Shown one piece after another: positions 59,970-64,000 of a stretch of 64,000 nucleotides of DNA (its first letter is position 1; the number at the start of each line of letters is the position of its first letter). The notes under the pieces are model-generated. The model ran no database searches. It saw only the letters and a program-made list of their open reading frames with translations, and was not told the origin of the DNA. A program made the position numbers and the translations under genes. Origin of the DNA: Verrucomicrobiota bacterium (GTDB taxonomy: Bacteria > Verrucomicrobiota > Verrucomicrobiia > JABWAM01); assembly GCA_023269615.1 (NCBI GenBank), contig JAHFSY010000011.1:26116-90115 (forward strand), given 5' to 3'.

Positions 59970-60185
59970 AGCATCAGGACAAGGCGTAAATCCAATTTTT
60001 AAAAAAACGAATCTGACACATCAGAGAACCGATTTTATTGATTTCTCCAGTGATCCGATTTGGGAAGCGCGAAACACAGGATGAGGTTCCCGTCTTGATG
60101 ATTAGCGATCCCGCGAGTGTCTTTTGTATCATCAAACAGCCCCACGAAGTCCACCGCCCAGTGTTTTAATCCCCAAGCCCAGAAC

Positions 60186-60209
60186 GGACACGACGGAGCG
60201 TGTCCCTCC
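60186..60209 (-). repeat. Intact GGAG REP
   Basis: GGACACGACGGAGCGTGTCCCTCC, identical to 62703-62726 and the inverse of 11866-11889. Confidence 0.85.
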
Positions 60210-60272
60210 GTTTGAGCAGAAAGGAAAATTTCCGCTTTCAGCATTCCTCCGGTTGGGGCATAAGCTTGGGGC

Positions 60273-61595
60273 ATGTTTGAGTATCAGAAAACCTTGAAGA
60301 AGGCGGCGACGGTTTCGGGGCTGGGGCTCCATACGGGCGCGACGGCCACGCTGACCTTTCAGCCCTCACCCGCCAATTTTGGAATTCGTTTTTCCCGCAC
60401 CGATCTGCCGGGGCGTCCCACGGTGAATGCCCTCGTTGAGAACGTGAAGGAGACTCAGCGCGGGACCACGCTCGAACAGGACTCGGTGATGGTGCACACG
60501 GTGGAACACGTGCTCGCGGCGCTTGCAGGCGCGGGGATTGACAACTGCCTCGTCGAACTCGAAGGCCCTGAGCCTCCCATTCTTGATGGAAGCGCCCGAG
60601 AATTTTCCGCGGCGCTTGCCTCGGCTGGCACTGAGAATCTCAAGGCCAAGCGCAATTTCTTCGCGCCTGAGGCCCCGGTCTTTTATCAGCACGACGGCAC
60701 CTCCATCGTGATCCTACCCTCGGACAAGCTTCGCATCTCCTGCACCATCCAGTTCCCCAACCAGCGCCTCGAAAGCCAGCATCTCTCCCTCGACCTGGAT
60801 GAGGGCGTGTTTGAACGGGAACTTGCCCCGGCCCGCACATTTTGTTTCTACGAGGAGGTCAAGCCGCTCATGGACGCCGGGCTCATCAAGGGGGGCAGCC
60901 TCGAATGCGCCGTGGTGATCAAGGATGACGAAATTCTCAGCAAGGAGGCGCTGCGTTTCCGCGATGAATTTGTGCGCCACAAGATTCTCGACATCCTCGG
61001 CGATGTGACCTTGCTCGGCCAGCCGGTCCAGGGTCACATCATTGCCGTGCGCCCGGGCCACGCCGCCAATGTGGCGCTGACGAAAAAGCTTTTTGCCATC
61101 GTGAGGAAGCGGCGCGGCGCGAAAAAGTATCTCGCCGAGGGCGCAACGTACGAGCAGATGGACATCGTGGAATTGCTCAACACGCTGCCGCACCGTTATC
61201 CATTCCTCATGGTGGACCGCATTCTCAAGATCCAGGACAATACCATTGTGGGGTTGAAAAACGTGACGATCAACGAGCCGTTTTTCCAGGGGCATTTCCC
61301 GGGTCATCCCGTGATGCCCGGCGTGCTGCAAGTCGAGGCGATGGCACAGGTGGCGGGGATCCTGATGCTCAAGAAGGGCGAGAACACGGGCAAGATCGCG
61401 TACTTCATGAGCGCCGACAAGGTGAAGTTCCGGAAGCCGGTGGTGCCGGGCGACACGCTTTTCATCGAGGTGGAACTGACCAAGGCGCGCGCCAACAAGA
61501 TCGGCAAGGCACAGGGGCGGATCCTTGTGGAAAATGAAATTGTCAGCGAAGCCGAGCTCATGTTTTCCATCATGGATCGGAGTGCGGAGGCGTGA
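60273..61595 (+). CDS. lpxC: Bifunctional LpxC/FabZ
   Basis: G.GLHTG, TVEHVL, PILDGS, HKILD..GD; LPHRYPFL.VD, FFQGHFP, PGVLQVEAMAQ. Confidence 0.95.
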   Translation: MFEYQKTLKKAATVSGLGLHTGATATLTFQPSPANFGIRFSRTDLPGRPTVNALVENVKETQRGTTLEQDSVMVHTVEHVLAALAGAGIDNCLVELEGPEPPILDGSAREFSAALASAGTENLKAKRNFFAPEAPVFYQHDGTSIVILPSDKLRISCTIQFPNQRLESQHLSLDLDEGVFERELAPARTFCFYEEVKPLMDAGLIKGGSLECAVVIKDDEILSKEALRFRDEFVRHKILDILGDVTLLGQPVQGHIIAVRPGHAANVALTKKLFAIVRKRRGAKKYLAEGATYEQMDIVELLNTLPHRYPFLMVDRILKIQDNTIVGLKNVTINEPFFQGHFPGHPVMPGVLQVEAMAQVAGILMLKKGENTGKIAYFMSADKVKFRKPVVPGDTLFIEVELTKARANKIGKAQGRILVENEIVSEAELMFSIMDRSAEA

Positions 61596-61617
61596 TTTTT
61601 AAACTTTAACTTCCAAC

Positions 61618-61680
61618 ATAGCCGACCCCGACCTTGGCCGGGGTTGGTTTCCGGACCGCGTTCTTGCGAACGCGGCTACA
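61618..61680. repeat. GTAG REP doublet (degenerate)
   Basis: Right arm CCGCGTTCTTGCGAACGCGGCTACA is the inverse of the 38553/49824 family. Confidence 0.7.
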
Positions 61681-61687
61681 AATTCAC

Positions 61688-62458
61688 ATGATCCACAAGA
61701 CCGCCATCATTCATCGCGATGCAGAGGTCCCGCAAGATTGCGACATCGGGCCTTATTGCGTGCTGGGTGCTGGCGTGGTTTTGGGCGCAGGGTGTCGCCT
61801 GCATTCGCACGTGGTGCTGGAGGGGCCGACGCGGATCGGAAAAGGGAACCAATTTTTTCCATTCTGCTCGGTCGGACAGAAGACACAGGACCTCAAATAC
61901 AGGAGCGAGCCGACGCACTTGATCATTGGCGACCAGAATGTGTTCCGTGAATTTGTAACGGTGAACCGCGCGACGGGCAAGGGGGACAAGACGGTGGTGG
62001 GGAGTCACAACACGGTGCTTGCCTACTCTCACATCGCGCATGATTGCGTGCTGGGCAATCACATCGTGATGTCCAACTGTGGGACGCTTGCAGGGCACGT
62101 GACCGTGGAGGACCACGCGGTGATCGGCGGACTGACGGCGGTGCATCAATTTTGCCGGATCGGGAAGATGGCGATCACAGGCGGGTGCTCGAAGGTGGTG
62201 CAGGACGTGCCGCCGTTCATGATGGCGGACGGAAACCCGGCCGAGGTGCGCACGATCAACAAGGTGGGGCTGGAGCGCAACGGCGTGTCGGAAGCGGGCC
62301 AGAAGCATTTGCGCGCCGCGTTCAAACTTCTGTATCGCGAGAGTGGATTGAACATTGGCGACGCGGTGGCGAAAATCCGGAAGGAGATTCCCGATTGTCC
62401 CGAGATCGCGCATCTCTGCAATTTCGTGGACAAGAGCGAGCGTGGGATCAGCCGGTGA
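61688..62458 (+). CDS. lpxA: UDP-N-acetylglucosamine acyltransferase
   Basis: Hexapeptide repeats, QDLKY, HIAHDC, LAGHV, HQFCRIG, DVPP. Confidence 0.95.
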   Translation: MIHKTAIIHRDAEVPQDCDIGPYCVLGAGVVLGAGCRLHSHVVLEGPTRIGKGNQFFPFCSVGQKTQDLKYRSEPTHLIIGDQNVFREFVTVNRATGKGDKTVVGSHNTVLAYSHIAHDCVLGNHIVMSNCGTLAGHVTVEDHAVIGGLTAVHQFCRIGKMAITGGCSKVVQDVPPFMMADGNPAEVRTINKVGLERNGVSEAGQKHLRAAFKLLYRESGLNIGDAVAKIRKEIPDCPEIAHLCNFVDKSERGISR

Positions 62459-62471
62459 GAAGAAAAGGATG

Positions 62472-62504
62472 CCCGCGCTACGCCGGAGGCTTTGGCGAGG
62501 CGAG
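62472..62504 (+). mobile_element. 33-bp micro-insertion inside a GGATGAA-type heptamer run
   Basis: AAGGATG[CCCGCGCTACGCCGGAGGCTTTGGCGAGGCGAG]AAGGCGGAGGGATGAGGGATGAA. Confidence 0.75.
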
Positions 62505-62692
62505 AAGGCGGAGGGATGAGGGATGAAAAGGGGGCGGGAACTTCCAACGTCGACCATTGAACGTCCAACTTTGAAGGCAGCGGAGCGGGGGAAAAGCACG
62601 AACTTCGGTTGGTCACACCGCCACAGCTGCGAACGCAGTTCGCAACTGTTTGGGAAGAGGGCTTTGCGTCTTTGCGCGAGGCCTTCCGAATC

Positions 62693-63115
62693 CTACACCG
62701 ACGGACACGACGGAGCGTGTCCCTCCGTTTCTTTTTTGAGAGCTTCGAAGAGGCCGGTTGGCATTTTTGTGGGGCGCTCTTCCATGGTGGTGGCAGCGTG
62801 ACGTGTGCTTGCGGTCACGAGTAGTACGTCGCCGCGTTTTACCTCGTAGCCGAGGGTGAACTGGACGCGTCCGAGATTCGTGACGCTCGTTTCGATGTCC
62901 AACAGGTCGTCGTAGCGCGCGGCGGCGTGACAGCGGAGGGAGCATTCGACCACGGGGAAGATGATGCCTTGTTCCTGCAGCTGGAGGAGCGGATGGCCGA
63001 GGGTTCGGAAGAATTCGTTGCGGACGATTTCCAGGAGGTCGAGGTAGCGGGCATAATAAACGTGGTTGCCCACGGTGACGTCCCTGTAGGCTATGCGGAT
63101 TTGGTGCTTGAACAT
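62693..63115 (-). CDS. Acyl-CoA thioesterase (YbgC/4HBT hot-dog fold)
   Basis: Y.D....HVYYARYL..LE..R, ARYDD; the last residues (EGHAPSCP) are encoded by a GGAG REP. Confidence 0.85.
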   Translation of the reverse strand: MFKHQIRIAYRDVTVGNHVYYARYLDLLEIVRNEFFRTLGHPLLQLQEQGIIFPVVECSLRCHAAARYDDLLDIETSVTNLGRVQFTLGYEVKRGDVLLVTASTRHAATTMEERPTKMPTGLFEALKKETEGHAPSCPSV

Positions 63116-63212
63116 GGCCGAAAAGTGCCAAAAATGGGGGCTTCTGAGAATAGAAAAGAGAATGATACGTCCAAGGGATGTTTTCCCGCGAAACCTGTTT
63201 TGATCAAATTTC

Positions 63213-63716
63213 ATGGATAAGGCCAATTCAGGCATACTGGTGGCGGAGGAGAAGGAGGTGATCCTGCTTCGCGTGGACGGCAAGGGGACGCACCTGACGA
63301 GCCACCTTTTCAAACGGTACGTGCTCCAATGTCTCACGGAAAACCGGAAACATTTCCACGTGGACCTTTCGCAGTGCAGCTACATGGACAGCACGTTCCT
63401 GGGAATGATGGCCGGGATCGGGATCAAGATGAAGCAGCAGTCGCTGCCCGCGATCAAGCTCGTGAACATCAATGACCGCGTTCGCGGCATGTTCGAATCG
63501 CTGGGGATTGACCATCTTTTTGAAATGATCCAGCAGGCCAACGTGGCCGCAAACTTCAGCGAGGTGCAGGGTGGCGGTGACAGCAAGGATGGCAAGACAC
63601 GCGAAATGCTTGAGGCCCATGAGAAACTCGTCGAGGTTTCAAAGGCCAATGAGGCCAAGTTTCGCGACGTGATCGCGCTCCTGCGCGAGGAAGTCCGCAA
63701 GACAGGGGGATCGTGA
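63213..63716 (+). CDS. STAS-domain anti-sigma-factor antagonist
   Basis: VDLSQCSYMDSTFLG motif. Confidence 0.88.
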   Translation: MDKANSGILVAEEKEVILLRVDGKGTHLTSHLFKRYVLQCLTENRKHFHVDLSQCSYMDSTFLGMMAGIGIKMKQQSLPAIKLVNINDRVRGMFESLGIDHLFEMIQQANVAANFSEVQGGGDSKDGKTREMLEAHEKLVEVSKANEAKFRDVIALLREEVRKTGGS

Positions 63717-64000
63717 ACCTCATCCTTCCATTGCTCCTGGTCGTGGTCGCGGGCGGGCTCGGCTACGCCCTCTGGAAACAAATCCAGCGGGCGGACGTGC
63801 TCCAGGCCAGCCGCTATCACCTCATCCAGGAACGCCAGCGCGTTTTCTCCTTCCTCCATGATGTCGGCGAGGCCTTCACGGAAAAGCTGAAGGTGGAGGA
63901 CATCCTCAAGCTCATCATCCAATGCTCCGTGCGCACCGCCGAGGCAAAATCAGGCGCCATCTTCCTGCTCGATGCCTCGGCGCACAATCTTGAGGCCGTT
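63713..64000 (+). CDS. GAF-domain protein, probably a SpoIIE/PP2C phosphatase; runs off window end
   Basis: Manual translation from GTG 63713: TM, then FLHDVGEAF...L..II.......AKSGAIFLLD (GAF start); GTGA-coupled to the STAS gene. Phosphatase inferred from context only. Confidence 0.6.
   Translation, partial: MNLILPLLLVVVAGGLGYALWKQIQRADVLQASRYHLIQERQRVFSFLHDVGEAFTEKLKVEDILKLIIQCSVRTAEAKSGAIFLLDASAHNLEAV

Noticed and set aside
60135-60180. CACTGGGCGGTGGACTTC (- strand), faintly like an IS200/IS605 end
   Set aside because: Too short, no partner end and no tnpB.
60273-61595. LpxC-FabZ fusion as a novelty
   Set aside because: Well-known fusion in Bacteroidota, Verrucomicrobiota and other lineages.

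Overview
GC-rich bacterial chromosomal window, most likely PVC/Verrucomicrobiota. This is inferred from the LpxC-FabZ fusion, the H-X9-DG prepilin and the gene style; there is no rRNA to confirm it. Gene content from left to right: a type II secretion-like operon (gspG-H-I-J-K-L-M-C?-D, no gspE/gspF) running into a sugar-binding lipoprotein; a frameshifted ORF6N gene; an HpnO-like aminotransferase with a TPR partner; patA; a manganese module (mntR / OprB-type porin / mntH / USP / Tat-exported Mn-SOD) with two matching operator boxes; a glycogen-debranching enzyme; a SWIM-SNF2 helicase; a small cassette-like cluster; pilC plus a sigma54 response regulator; a cyclase-STAND-TPR protein; a nucleotidyltransferase with a small overlapping ORF; and housekeeping genes (bioA/D, HscA-like Hsp70, sigma70, apt, trpS, scpAB, pdxH, prmC, typA, carA, lpxC-fabZ, lpxA). 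The most striking feature is the intergenic DNA, which is packed with nested mini-elements. (i) A GxxExxY nuclease gene is bounded by 58-bp inverted repeats with asymmetric tips, and a gene-less derivative with the same tips lies 2.4 kb away. (ii) A family of 33/36/39-bp hairpin micro-insertions lands without target duplication inside other repeats and inside each other. (iii) Several GTAG/GGAG REP families occur together with a RAYT transposase, and one REP doublet sits in-frame in a pseudopilin leader peptide. No tRNA, rRNA or CRISPR array was recognised. Family assignments come from motif recognition by eye, not database searches, and many start codons are best estimates.
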